DNA of 63,899 nucleotides, filler included. It is 4 parts of 4 records of this genome, joined end to end, with 100 filler letters (N's around TTAATTAATTAA, not from the genome) between each part and the next. Parts side by side here need not be neighbours in the genome. Positions count along the whole stretch, not along the records: positions 43,688 to 55,595 come from SRR22947727_1901; positions 55,696 to 63,899 come from SRR22947727_1921; 2 more parts are not named here. One strand, written 5' to 3'. Position numbers and translations under genes: made by a program. This document shows, in pieces, positions 51,936 to 61,680 of this stretch. The notes under the pieces were generated by a model that saw only the letters and a list, made by a program, of their open reading frames with translations, searched no databases and was not told where the DNA came from. How positions within the stretch are numbered: the first letter of the stretch is position 1; every line of letters begins with the position of its first letter.

Positions 51936-53584
51936 GCCTCCGACTCGCGCGGCTTGCCTGCTGGGGGTTCGCTCTTAGTCGGGACAGGTATGTGGGGTAG
52001 GCCGAAGCCGACGATGAGTGCGGCGATGACGACGACGGATGCCGAGATGATCGAGGTCACGTGGCTAGCAGCGAGGAAGTCGGCATAGGCAATGGCTGTT
52101 AACGAGTCGATGACCGCCTCGGGGACACCGGACTCGGCCGCCGAGGTCAGCACCTGCTGGGTCGCCACGATGGACTCGCTCGCTGCGGCGAACGCTCCCT
52201 CAGGCAGCGCCTGAGAGGCGTCGTCGGGTAGTTCGGTACTGCTCGCCGCCAGGTTCGCCGCGTACTGGGTAGCGAGCACGGTGCCCACGATCGCTACCCC
52301 CAGAGCGCCACCGACTTGCCGCACCGTGTTCTGCACAGCCGAGCCCGCCCCGGCCCGGGCCAATGGCAGAACGTTTTGCATCACCGTGGAGGCCGGAGCG
52401 ATGACCAGGCCGATGCCAAGCCCGAAGAGGAAGAAGCCCCCCAGGAGCAGCCACAAGGGCGTGTCGATCTGAACGAAGACCAGTGCGGTCAGAGCGAAAG
52501 CAACGATCACGAGGCCGCTGGTCATCACCGCTCGGTAGCCGAATCGTGCGACCGTCGTCGCACTTCGGGGTGCGGTCAGGAGTTGTCCGACGGCGAAGGG
52601 GATGAAGCACAGTCCCGCTGTCAGGGTGTCGAATCCGCGCAGAATCTGCAGGTAGAACGGGAGCGTGAAGGTGATGCCCGTGAGGGCGAAGAAGGACAGC
52701 GACACGGCCGCGATACTGATGGCGTACCCGCGGTTGCGGAACAAGCTCACATCGAAACTCGGATGGTCGCTTCGGTACTCCATAAACAGGAACAGCGCGA
52801 TGACGGCGATGCCCGCGACTATCGGACCGAGAACCATCGCATCGATCCACGTGCGGGTTTCGGATGCGTGGATGATTCCGTACACCAACAGGACCAGCCC
52901 CACGATCGACAGCACGAGCCCGAGCACGTCCAACTTTCGCCCGTCGGGGTTTCGCGTTTCCGGAACAACCCTCCAGATAGCGAACAGTCCGACGGTCACG
53001 ATCGGCACGTTGATCAAGAAGACCGATCCCCAGGCGTTTCCGGTCAGTGGTGCGAACCATTGGGGGTTCTGCAGCAATGCTCCACCCAGAACAGGCCCGA
53101 GGGCCACGGCCGCTCCCACGGCGCCCGCCCAGGTGCCGATCGCTCGTCCTCGCTCGTGAGGGGGAAAGACGACCGTGATGATCGCCAGCGTTGTCGGCAG
53201 CACAGCAGCGCCGCCGATGCCCATCACCGCTCGGAACCCGATCAACATCTGCGGCGTCGAGGCGAAGGCGCAGGCTGCGGAGGACAGACCGAACACGATC
53301 AAACCCACGACGAGGATGCGCTTGCGTCCATACCGATCGCCGAGCACTCCCCAGGTGAACAGCAGAGCTGCAAACACCAGGATGTAGGAATCCACCGCCC
53401 ACACCAGCTCGCCCTGGGTCGCTTCCAGTTCGCTCTGGATGGTTGGCAGCGCGATATTCAGAATCGTGTTGTCGAGAACGACGACGATCAGGCTGACGAT
53501 GAGAACGCTGAGGATCGCCCAACGCCGTGGGTGTCCCTCGCCCGAGACCATCCAGCGATCGGCGTCTTCGGACGCGGGCTGCAT
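51932..53584 (-). CDS. DHA2-family MFS efflux transporter
   Basis: LDNTILNIALP, GDRYGRKR, ERGRAIG, about 14 TM helices. Confidence 0.92.
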   Translation of the reverse strand: MQPASEDADRWMVSGEGHPRRWAILSVLIVSLIVVVLDNTILNIALPTIQSELEATQGELVWAVDSYILVFAALLFTWGVLGDRYGRKRILVVGLIVFGLSSAACAFASTPQMLIGFRAVMGIGGAAVLPTTLAIITVVFPPHERGRAIGTWAGAVGAAVALGPVLGGALLQNPQWFAPLTGNAWGSVFLINVPIVTVGLFAIWRVVPETRNPDGRKLDVLGLVLSIVGLVLLVYGIIHASETRTWIDAMVLGPIVAGIAVIALFLFMEYRSDHPSFDVSLFRNRGYAISIAAVSLSFFALTGITFTLPFYLQILRGFDTLTAGLCFIPFAVGQLLTAPRSATTVARFGYRAVMTSGLVIVAFALTALVFVQIDTPLWLLLGGFFLFGLGIGLVIAPASTVMQNVLPLARAGAGSAVQNTVRQVGGALGVAIVGTVLATQYAANLAASSTELPDDASQALPEGAFAAASESIVATQQVLTSAAESGVPEAVIDSLTAIAYADFLAASHVTSIISASVVVIAALIVGFGLPHIPVPTKSEPPAGKPRESEA

Positions 53585-53695
53585 GCAGCCTCCGCTCGGG
53601 CCCGGTGGGCTCCGCCGGAGGGGGTCCACGAATGAAAGCCACATGTTACTTGCGGGTCGTTTGGGTCCAGTTGTCGGTACGTGGCATGATTTTGT

Positions 53696-53728
53696 CATCC
53701 GGGGACTCCACACGGGAGCCTCGAGATG
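53696..53728 (+). promoter_or_regulatory. Candidate cis-regulatory RNA hairpin with two bulged adenosines in the panB leader (pan-motif-like)
   Basis: CATC-CGGGG-A-CTCC-ACACG-GGAG-CCTCG-A-GATG abutting the SD GGGAG. Confidence 0.55.
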
Positions 53729-53739
53729 GGAGTTTCACC

Positions 53740-54555
53740 ATGTCTCGTCATTCTTCTGTTCGGCGCGTGACGATGCGCGACCTCCAGGTGCGCACCGATA
53801 AGGGCCAGCCTTGGACCATGGTCACCGCGTACGACGCGCTCACCGCAGGTGTCATCGAGCAGGCTGGTGTCCCTACGTTGTTGGTCGGCGACTCAGCCGC
53901 GATGGTGGTTCACGGCCACGACTCGACCATTCCGATCACGGTCGACGAGATGCTCCCGTTGGTGTCCGCTGTGGTTCGCGGCACCGAGCAGGCTCTCGTC
54001 GTCGCCGATCTACCGTTCGGCTCCTACCAAGAGGGCCCCGCGCAAGCCCTGGCAACCTCGGCTCGCTTCATGAAGGAGGCTGGCGCGCACGCGGTGAAGT
54101 TGGAGGGTGGCCACAGCGTTCTGCCCCAGATCGAAGCACTCGCAGGTGCCGGGGTTCCGGTCATCGGTCACCTCGGACTCACCCCCCAGTCGGTGAACCT
54201 GCTCGGGGGTTACCGGGTGCAAGGTCGCGGAGAGAGCGGCCAACGATTGCTCCAGGACGCGAAGGCATTGGAGTCAGCCGGTGCGGCGGCGGTTGTTCTC
54301 GAAGTGGTCCCGGCGGACCTCGCGGCCTCAGTGACCGAGGTCTTGAGTATTCCCACCATCGGCATCGGCGCCGGGGCGGCCACGGATGCGCAGGTGATCG
54401 TGTGGCAGGACCTCCTCGGTCTCACCCCGGATCCTGCGCCGCGTTTTGTTCGCCGCTACGCGAACCTCAGAGAGGTCATGGCAGGAGCTGTGTCGTCATG
54501 GGTGCACGACGTCGAGACGCGCAGCTACCCGGCTGAGGAACACACATACGCCTGA
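53740..54555 (+). CDS. panB: 3-methyl-2-oxobutanoate hydroxymethyltransferase
   Basis: [27 protein letters not shown]. Confidence 0.96.
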   Translation: MSRHSSVRRVTMRDLQVRTDKGQPWTMVTAYDALTAGVIEQAGVPTLLVGDSAAMVVHGHDSTIPITVDEMLPLVSAVVRGTEQALVVADLPFGSYQEGPAQALATSARFMKEAGAHAVKLEGGHSVLPQIEALAGAGVPVIGHLGLTPQSVNLLGGYRVQGRGESGQRLLQDAKALESAGAAAVVLEVVPADLAASVTEVLSIPTIGIGAGAATDAQVIVWQDLLGLTPDPAPRFVRRYANLREVMAGAVSSWVHDVETRSYPAEEHTYA

Positions 54556-54600
54556 CCATCGGGCTAGCTGTCCGCTGGGATTCGACTAACTACCAACCGT

Positions 54601-55290
54601 CTAGACGTCGGTGACTCGTACTCCGGCGTGCACTTTGTAGCGGCGATTCATCGAGATTAGGTTCGCGGTGAACGCCTCGACCTGACCGGCGTTGCGCAGA
54701 CGCCCGCCGTAGACGCCGCGTATTCCATCGATACGACCTGCAAGGGCCTGCACAGCGTCCGTTGCGTCGCGGTCGTCACCGAGAACAAGAACGTCCGTTT
54801 CGATCGAGCTCACACTGTCGTCAAGCAACAGGACTGCGGAGATGTGATGGAAGGCGGCAACAACGGAGGAGTCCGGCAGAACCGACGCCGCCTGTTGCGC
54901 GGCGGATCCTTCTTCGACGGATAGCGAGAACGCCCCCTGCTTGTCGAATCCCAGCGGGTTAACGCAATCCACAACGATCTTGCCTGCGAGATCGGCGGCA
55001 AGGGATTCGAGGAGTTCTCGGTGGCCATCCCACGGCACCGCCACGATGACGATGTCGCCAAACCGTGCCGCGTCTTCGTTGCTGCCACCAGCAACCCCTG
55101 AGCCGATCTCCGCTGCGATCGACTGTGCACGATCTGCTGATCGAGAACCGATCATCACCGACTGCCCGGCCCGCGCGAGACGTTGCGCAAGGCCGCGTCC
55201 TTGTTCACCTGTGCCACCGAGAACGCTGACGTTCATGGCGTCGATGTTCGGTAGTTCTCGTGGATCACGTGTTCCTGAGGTCGTCGTCAT
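54601..55290 (-). CDS. npdG: NADPH-dependent F420 reductase
   Basis: LGGTGEQGRGLA, IGSR, VDCVNPL, EEGSAAQ, AAFH, ANLISMNRRY. Confidence 0.92.
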   Translation of the reverse strand: MTTTSGTRDPRELPNIDAMNVSVLGGTGEQGRGLAQRLARAGQSVMIGSRSADRAQSIAAEIGSGVAGGSNEDAARFGDIVIVAVPWDGHRELLESLAADLAGKIVVDCVNPLGFDKQGAFSLSVEEGSAAQQAASVLPDSSVVAAFHHISAVLLLDDSVSSIETDVLVLGDDRDATDAVQALAGRIDGIRGVYGGRLRNAGQVEAFTANLISMNRRYKVHAGVRVTDV

Positions 55291-55502
55291 GAGGATGAAT
55301 AGTGCCAGAACAACGTCACATGCACACCATCAGTAACGCGTCAGCCCACAAAGACACGTTCGCGCATAAAGAATTGTGTGCTTGACAACGCGACACGACG
55401 ACACGAAACAACCCGTAAGTCTTTGCGTTTGCCCCCCACCTCTGTCAATGTTTCACTAGTGGACTCTGCAATGAGTGCAGAGCCAACGACACGGGAGGCA
55501 AC

Positions 55503-55595
55503 GTGGCGGTCGCAAAGAAGACTGCGCGCAAGGCGTCAAAGAAGAAAGCGGCGCCTCGCAAAGCAGCCAAGAAGGCAACCAAGCGCACGGCCAAG
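55503..55595 (+). CDS. Lys/Ala-rich histone H1-like protein, N-terminal fragment
   Basis: GGGAGG RBS then GTG; MAVAKKTARKASKKKAAPRKAAKKATKRTAK to contig end (frame differs from track ORF 55378). Confidence 0.7.
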
Positions 55596-55695
55596 NNNNN
55601 NNNNNNNNNNNNNNNNNNNNNNNNNNNNNNNNNNNNNNNTTAATTAATTAANNNNNNNNNNNNNNNNNNNNNNNNNNNNNNNNNNNNNNNNNNNN
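55596..55695. other. Artificial contig linker
   Basis: N44-TTAATTAATTAA-N44. Confidence 0.99.
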
Positions 55696-55722
55696 TCGTG
55701 GGTTCAAATCCCGCCGCTCCGA
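55696..55722 (+). tRNA. 3' end of a tRNA, probably tRNA-Pro (truncated by contig start)
   Basis: T-arm GTGGG-TTCAAAT-CCCGC plus acceptor 3' strand CGCTCCG-A; anticodon not in window. Confidence 0.75.
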
Positions 55723-55749
55723 TTTCAAACAAAAACAAAATCCCTACTC

Positions 55750-55779
55750 AAAAGCTGGCTTTTTAAAGCCGGCTTTTTT
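55750..55779. terminator. Hairpin terminator downstream of tRNA
   Basis: AAAAGCTGGCTTT-TT-AAAGCCGGCTTTTTT. Confidence 0.75.
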
Positions 55780-55842
55780 ATGGGCAGCACTCTCACTCTT
55801 AAAGCCTTGAATCTGCGCTGAAAAGCACAGGTTGCTGTGCCT

Positions 55843-56067
55843 TCACTCCCAGGTCGCTGTGCAGCGATAGGAGGTCTCGCCACCCATACCGATCTCGATG
55901 GAGATGCATGACGTACCAGTCACTTTTTGACCTTGGGGCACTTTGGACAACGCCCTGTTGGTCGCGACCTCTTCATCCATCGCCTCTTGAGTTGCTGATC
56001 CGGCAAAAGCAACCCCGCAGGTACCAAGCACCATGGCGGCCGTTGCAAGCGAAAGGATGACTTTCAT
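55843..56067 (-). CDS. Small secreted hypothetical protein
   Basis: Signal peptide ending AFA; mature part with two Cys, ends YRCTATWE. Confidence 0.75.
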   Translation of the reverse strand: MKVILSLATAAMVLGTCGVAFAGSATQEAMDEEVATNRALSKVPQGQKVTGTSCISIEIGMGGETSYRCTATWE

Positions 56068-56314
56068 CGAAAAGAGAATAGTGATGACACTCTCTCTAGC
56101 AACACATCAACCAGATAACTGGAGGAGCACCTGTATGACATTCAACCGACGGCAGAGGAGGGAGCTTATCCAAAAACAAAATATCATCAAGCAAGACCCA
56201 TATCGAAGCAAAAACTTTTGTCAGAACGAATCCAGTCATTGCCTCACAAGCACTTGCAAAACAATTTTCGGACTGCTCTTTAGAAGAAGACAATTTAATG
56301 AAAACTTCTAAGAA

Positions 56315-56776
56315 TTATTTGGTAACGAATAGCTCTCCTGCCATCGTTTTATAGCGTTTCAACGATGCACCAGGGCGACGCTTACGACTTGGCACACCTT
56401 GACCAGGCAAAAGTATTTCTGGCGCAAAATTTACCGGGGGAGCGGTGTCAACTAATTTTTGCGATTCGGCTAGTTCTCGAGCAATGGATTCGGCTGTAGT
56501 CAGAGCCTGCTCAGACGCAGCTACAGGAGACTCCGATCCTGTGGCGACAGATTCACTCAGAACCGACGATGGGGATGGCTTGGGAAGTGATATTGATGTA
56601 CGAGCCAGGGGGCGTAGAAGCACGACCCCAAGCATCAACACAACAAGAGAGGCCACTGTGCTGGGAAGACCAAGGGAACGACCTAGGAAATTCCAAACAA
56701 TCCCTGATCCAGCGAGGCCAAACACACCAATTGCCGCAAACAACGGACCGATCAGTTTGAGAAGCAATTTTTTCAT
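56315..56776 (-). CDS. Conserved picocyanobacterial membrane hypothetical protein
   Basis: Two N-terminal TM helices; LTTAESIARELA, FAPE..LPG, RRPGASL..YKTMAGELF. Confidence 0.75.
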   Translation of the reverse strand: MKKLLLKLIGPLFAAIGVFGLAGSGIVWNFLGRSLGLPSTVASLVVLMLGVVLLRPLARTSISLPKPSPSSVLSESVATGSESPVAASEQALTTAESIARELAESQKLVDTAPPVNFAPEILLPGQGVPSRKRRPGASLKRYKTMAGELFVTK

Positions 56777-57040
56777 GGGAATACCTTGGCAAATTTCGAC
56801 CCTGCGCCGCGAGTCAGCTCACCAGTCACTGCAATCTCCACAGACAAAGTATCCATACGTCACACAAAAACTTGATCACCAACGCTAAAAAGTTGGTGCA
56901 GGTCGACCAGCCGACAGAGAAGCGAAGGCTCCGCCCCCCAGCCTGCAATGCACGCAATAGCAAGTGAGTCATACATCGCGTTGCCTTCAAACGTTCATTT
57001 GATACGGGACTCTTTTTCTTTTGAATGAAAAGAATCAAAT

Positions 57041-57322
57041 ATGTCTCCATATCCTGAGTTATCCGTCACGGATGCATTCATGCACTTGCAGATCGGCAGG
57101 CTCAACAGACTCGATCAAATTTCATTCGCCCATCCATGGATTCCCAAGCGCGATTTAATTTTAATACTGCATCACACATTTCACAGATTTGCAGATAAAT
57201 ACTCTGGCCAAGAACTACAGATGCATTTGGATCGATGGACAGACTTAGCGTGCAGCATCTCAGAGCATGAAATGAAGGATTTCATGTCACGGGTCAAAGA
57301 ATTTGCGGTTTTTAACGATTAA
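57041..57322 (+). CDS. Hypothetical protein
   Basis: 93-aa ORF (alternative ATG 57080) with helical composition. Confidence 0.6.
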   Translation: MSPYPELSVTDAFMHLQIGRLNRLDQISFAHPWIPKRDLILILHHTFHRFADKYSGQELQMHLDRWTDLACSISEHEMKDFMSRVKEFAVFND

Positions 57323-57464
57323 TGCTTTTTGCTGGAACCAAAAAGCTACCAATCAATAATTAACTCGTTGAACTCAAAAGACGTCTTCTCAAGCGATTAA
57401 AAGCTTGCTCAGCAAGAATGATTTTGCTGGTCTGATTTAAGAAGAACTCCAATCTTGCAAAGAC

Positions 57465-58727
57465 TCACCGCTGATCAAGTGCTTGTTTCCATCGATCAGC
57501 CAATGATTCGATGGCAGATTTTGGTCCACAGAGACTGAGAAGTGGATTGGCCAGATGGCGGGATGCAGCCAAACGCAATGCCTTGCCATCAAGGGTCTCC
57601 AAAACCTCCATACAGCGATGGTCGTGATTGTCGGGTAGGCCGAGACCTCTGAGCTGAGCACGACGTTCGGCTCTCTGACCTGTTGTTTGTGAGGCATGAG
57701 CCAACTGACCACGAAATTTGGCACGCGCCAGGTTGAGGTCTGCTGCCTCCAGCGTGTGTTCCATCAATTCCTGCCAACTCATGATCAGCAGGTCCAAGGT
57801 GGTTAAGGCCTTATCAACTGCAGTGGATGCATGCAAAACAAAAGGTGAGGCCTTCGCTCTTGCTGGATGGTGCACGCCGACGTCGTAGGCCACGCCATGG
57901 TCTTCGCGAAGGCGGCGGAATAGCAAGCTGGACATCCCTGTACCCAAATGGGTTTGCAACAAACGAAGGGCAAGGTCATCTGGGTGTCCGTGAGGAAGCG
58001 TTGGCTGACCGAGCATCAGCACGACCTGCTCGGTGGACTGCGGGTGGAGATAAACCGTTTGTTCCGCACTCAGAGATGCTTGCTCACTCAAATCTTTGGC
58101 GTCCGGATCAAGATCAGCAGAATTGGATTGAGGGGAAATACCGTCTGCTTGGAGCTGGTCCAATAATCCCGCTGGAATCGAACCCGACAACGCCAAAATC
58201 GCTCCTTCGGCGCTGAGGGATTGTGCAATCGGCCGAAGAGATGCTGCGGTGAGTTGCTCCAACTCACCAGCAACTCCCAAGGGGTCATGGCCATAAGGGC
58301 CCAGCCCGTAGGCCAGATGGCGCCAACCATCAAAGGCCAGATGGAAGGGATCTTCTCGCTGACGTTGCAGTGCCTGAAGACTCAACTCCCGCTCGAGGTT
58401 CACCTGATCGGCTTGCAGATGGGGTTCATGCACCATCGAGCTCAACAAGGGAAGCAATTGAGGGCTATCGAGATCCCTGCATTTCAGGCTGATCAGCAAG
58501 CCATCTTCGTTGGTATCACATCGAAGTCCAGCGCCACAACCCTCAACGAGATCGGCCATTTGCATGGCATCGAGGGAGCCACACCCGCGAGTCAACACTG
58601 ATGCAAGCAGTTGATGTGCGCCCCTCTGGCCGATCGGATCAGCAGCGCTTCCGCGACCGATCCACAATTTGGCGGCCAACACCCCTGGTGTCTGAACCGG
58701 ATCTAAAACCAAATCAGTCGGGCTCAT
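57465..58727 (-). CDS. M16 peptidase, non-catalytic subunit
   Basis: M16 fold, HxxEH replaced by HQLLA; SSLLFRRLREDHGVAY. Confidence 0.9.
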   Translation of the reverse strand: MSPTDLVLDPVQTPGVLAAKLWIGRGSAADPIGQRGAHQLLASVLTRGCGSLDAMQMADLVEGCGAGLRCDTNEDGLLISLKCRDLDSPQLLPLLSSMVHEPHLQADQVNLERELSLQALQRQREDPFHLAFDGWRHLAYGLGPYGHDPLGVAGELEQLTAASLRPIAQSLSAEGAILALSGSIPAGLLDQLQADGISPQSNSADLDPDAKDLSEQASLSAEQTVYLHPQSTEQVVLMLGQPTLPHGHPDDLALRLLQTHLGTGMSSLLFRRLREDHGVAYDVGVHHPARAKASPFVLHASTAVDKALTTLDLLIMSWQELMEHTLEAADLNLARAKFRGQLAHASQTTGQRAERRAQLRGLGLPDNHDHRCMEVLETLDGKALRLAASRHLANPLLSLCGPKSAIESLADRWKQALDQR

Positions 58728-59953
58728 TCAGAGTCCTCCGGTAAGGCCAGAAGCGTGAACGCTTGTTCAGGTTGCAAACGAGGCAAAAGGGACTGTTGCA
58801 AACGCTCAACCGTCCAGGTCTGCAGATGACTGAGCGGAGACAACAACGTTTGGTTGCGCCCCCATAAGGATTGGGATCCAGCAATTGCAGCAACGGATCC
58901 TGGTGCTTCCAAGCTGAATCGAAGCCCATTCCCCACCAATTGCTTTGCTCGATGCAGTTCGTCATCACCGATGGCATCCACCGTTGCCCGGTTCAATTCC
59001 TCCGCGATCACGGTTTCCACCTGCTCGATCTGGTCTTCAGGGCAGCAGGCCTCCAACATCACCACACTTCCCTGTTCCATCACCGTGACATCCATATCAA
59101 TGGATTCCACAATTTGTAGGTCTTCCCTCAAGCGTTGCACCAAACGACTGCGCCTCCCCTCCGCCAGAAGGGTGGTCGCCAGATCGGCACCCATCACGCT
59201 GTCTTGATCATTGGCTGCAGCCATCGGCCACGCCATCAACAAACGAGCTGCTTCCAGGCGAGGAAATCGGATGCTTTGACGTCCGCTGTGAAATGCAAGC
59301 GAACACGAAGCGGATGCGGTTTCGTCCCCCTGATCAAGATTGGCTTCGAGCTCGGCGAGGCGGCTCGAGTGAATCTGCTCCAACAGATTCGATGTCACAG
59401 CGCCACTGATGGCCAAACAACAGTTGGGTCCGCGATACCTCCTGTTGTGAAATTGGCGCATCGCCTCTGGAGTGCTGTCGAGCAAACTCTGTTCCCAGCC
59501 AAGAATTGGACGGCCATAGGGGTGCTTTCCAAACCCCTGAGAGAGAAGGGTTTGGAACACTTGTTCGTCGGGTTGATCTCGGTACTGGGCAATTTCTTCC
59601 AGCACCACATCCCTCTCCATGCCGTAGGCGTCCTCTCTCAGCGCAGGATTGAGCACGAGGTCCAGCAACAGGTCGAGGGCGTTCTGTGCGCAGCTGGACG
59701 GCACCAACACGTGAAAGTGCACATCATCGAAACCTGTTGCCGCATTACTGCTGCCACCAAGAGCCTCAATCCGACGATCGAATTCTCCAGCCTGCAAGGT
59801 TGCACTGCCCTTAAACACCATGTGCTCTAAAAAGTGGGCAAGACCCTCTTCCCCATGGTCTTCAAAGGTGCTTCCTCCTCGACACCAAAAGTCGAGGCAA
59901 GTGAGGTCTGCATCTGGCATCAGTGCACTCACGGTTCGGCAACCGTTTTTCAA
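58724..59953 (-). CDS. M16 zinc peptidase, catalytic subunit
   Basis: [33 protein letters not shown] overlap with partner; start uncertain. Confidence 0.93.
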   Translation of the reverse strand: MKNGCRTVSALMPDADLTCLDFWCRGGSTFEDHGEEGLAHFLEHMVFKGSATLQAGEFDRRIEALGGSSNAATGFDDVHFHVLVPSSCAQNALDLLLDLVLNPALREDAYGMERDVVLEEIAQYRDQPDEQVFQTLLSQGFGKHPYGRPILGWEQSLLDSTPEAMRQFHNRRYRGPNCCLAISGAVTSNLLEQIHSSRLAELEANLDQGDETASASCSLAFHSGRQSIRFPRLEAARLLMAWPMAAANDQDSVMGADLATTLLAEGRRSRLVQRLREDLQIVESIDMDVTVMEQGSVVMLEACCPEDQIEQVETVIAEELNRATVDAIGDDELHRAKQLVGNGLRFSLEAPGSVAAIAGSQSLWGRNQTLLSPLSHLQTWTVERLQQSLLPRLQPEQAFTLLALPEDSE

Positions 59954-60040
59954 GAGCTGATGCTGCAGCTCAGGGCCGGAGGCGATCTCGTTCAGGGTCC
60001 CGTGTCAAAGTCCCATTCTGTGTTGTCCCTTGCTGGACTG

Positions 60041-60778
60041 ATGTCCGAATCCACCAACGGTCTTGAATTGCATCCGCTGGTGACCTCATTAGCGGAGCAA
60101 ATTCGTACGTGTCGGACAGCCCTACCTGACCTGTCTCCTCTGGCTGTAGACCCGGCACTAGAGGCGATCAGCGGAATGTTGGATGGTGAAACGCTCTTCA
60201 TTCGCAACGAGCTGCACCAATGCCTTGGTCTACGCAAACTGCATCTCGAGATTGCTCGGCTGGGCATGGGATTGCAGATCCTTCACTGCGTTTTTTTTCC
60301 AGATCCCAGATTCGACTTACCCGTCTTTGGAGCCGATATTGTTGCCAGCAAAGCTGGAATTTCAGCGGCCATTGTTGATCTCTCTCCCGTATGCGATGCC
60401 TTACCTGATGCGGTGAGTCAACCACTCAGTGCGCTGAAATTGCCACCGTTTCAGCAAGTCAGAGACCTACCTGCATGGGGGACCATTTTTTCCCCTTATG
60501 TGAAATTCATACGCCCCGTGGATGAGCAAGAGGAGACATGGTTCGTTGGCCTTGTCGCTGACTACCTCAACATTCTTCGCCAGGCAATTCTGGCAACAGC
60601 TCCCGATGCTGTTAATGAACTCCCTACGATCAATCGTCAGCAAGGACAACTCTCCTATTGCCGGCAGCAGAAACGCAACGACAAAACTCGACGCGTCTTA
60701 GAGAAGGCCTTCGGGAGCGCTTGGGCCGATCGCTACATCGAAGAGATGCTGTTCGACGATCCTCCACCTCTCCCATGA
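60041..60778 (+). CDS. pcyA: Phycocyanobilin:ferredoxin oxidoreductase
   Basis: [45 protein letters not shown]. Confidence 0.96.
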   Translation: MSESTNGLELHPLVTSLAEQIRTCRTALPDLSPLAVDPALEAISGMLDGETLFIRNELHQCLGLRKLHLEIARLGMGLQILHCVFFPDPRFDLPVFGADIVASKAGISAAIVDLSPVCDALPDAVSQPLSALKLPPFQQVRDLPAWGTIFSPYVKFIRPVDEQEETWFVGLVADYLNILRQAILATAPDAVNELPTINRQQGQLSYCRQQKRNDKTRRVLEKAFGSAWADRYIEEMLFDDPPPLP

Positions 60779-61680
60779 AACAAATCCGTCTCTGGGTGAT
60801 GGTCGGGGTGCTCGGTGCTGCTGTTGTCGGTGCCGGAGTCTGGGTCACCCGCCGGCCGGCACCAGAAGCCCTACCAGCGGCTGCAGTCCCAAAAGTTCGA
60901 GCTCCGGAAGCAGTTGCTGCCCTTGGCCAACTCAAGCCAGCTGGTGAAGTCCGTCGCTTGGCGGCCCCGGCCAGTGGAGTCGGCGGGACGCCGCGCATTG
61001 CTGCGCTGCTCGTGAAGGAAGGAGACCAAATTCGCAAGGGTCAGCCCCTGGCCATTTTTGACAACCGACCCCAACTAGAAGCTGAAATCGCTGAGATTGA
61101 CGCCCAAATCGAATCGACTGCGATCGAAGTGCAACTTCAACAGCGAGAGGTGTCCCGCTATGCAGCCGCGGCCAAGGTAGGAGCCGCTGCGATGGTGGCT
61201 CTTGAGGAAAAACAAGATGAACTCAGACGCTTCCAACGCAAAGGCGTCGAGCTGATCGCGAAGCGACGGAGCCTCGAAACGGATCTTGCTGACAGCGAGT
61301 TGCTGTCTCCGATTAATGGTGTGGTGCTCAAAATTCACAGTCGCGTCGGAGAACGTCCTGGCAGTGACGGTGTGATGGAGGTCGGAGCGAGCCAAAGCAT
61401 GGAGGCCTTGGTTGAGGTGTATGAGTCGGATATCAATCGCATTTCAATTGGCCAATCCGTCAGCTTGATTAGCGAAAACGGCGGATTCAAAGGAACACTC
61501 GAGGGACGCGTCGAACGCATCACCCCCCAGGTGCGACAGCGAAAAGTGCTTTCAACCGATCCCACCGGTGATGCCGATGCCAGGGTCATCGAAGTGGATG
61601 TTGTTCTTACGCCAGAGTCGGCAAAAAGAGTGACGCAACTCTCCGGTTTGAAAGTGATTGCCCGCTTCAAGACCCCATGA
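60775..61680 (+). CDS. devB: HlyD-family membrane fusion protein (DevB-like)
   Basis: N-terminal [42 protein letters not shown]. Confidence 0.88.
   Translation: MKQIRLWVMVGVLGAAVVGAGVWVTRRPAPEALPAAAVPKVRAPEAVAALGQLKPAGEVRRLAAPASGVGGTPRIAALLVKEGDQIRKGQPLAIFDNRPQLEAEIAEIDAQIESTAIEVQLQQREVSRYAAAAKVGAAAMVALEEKQDELRRFQRKGVELIAKRRSLETDLADSELLSPINGVVLKIHSRVGERPGSDGVMEVGASQSMEALVEVYESDINRISIGQSVSLISENGGFKGTLEGRVERITPQVRQRKVLSTDPTGDADARVIEVDVVLTPESAKRVTQLSGLKVIARFKTP

Noticed and set aside
44614-53642. Long alternative-frame and antisense ORFs (44614-45774, 48820-49815, 52200-53642, 52316-53635; also 11253-12020)
   Set aside because: Expected shadows of high-GC coding genes, with Arg/Pro-rich non-protein-like composition.
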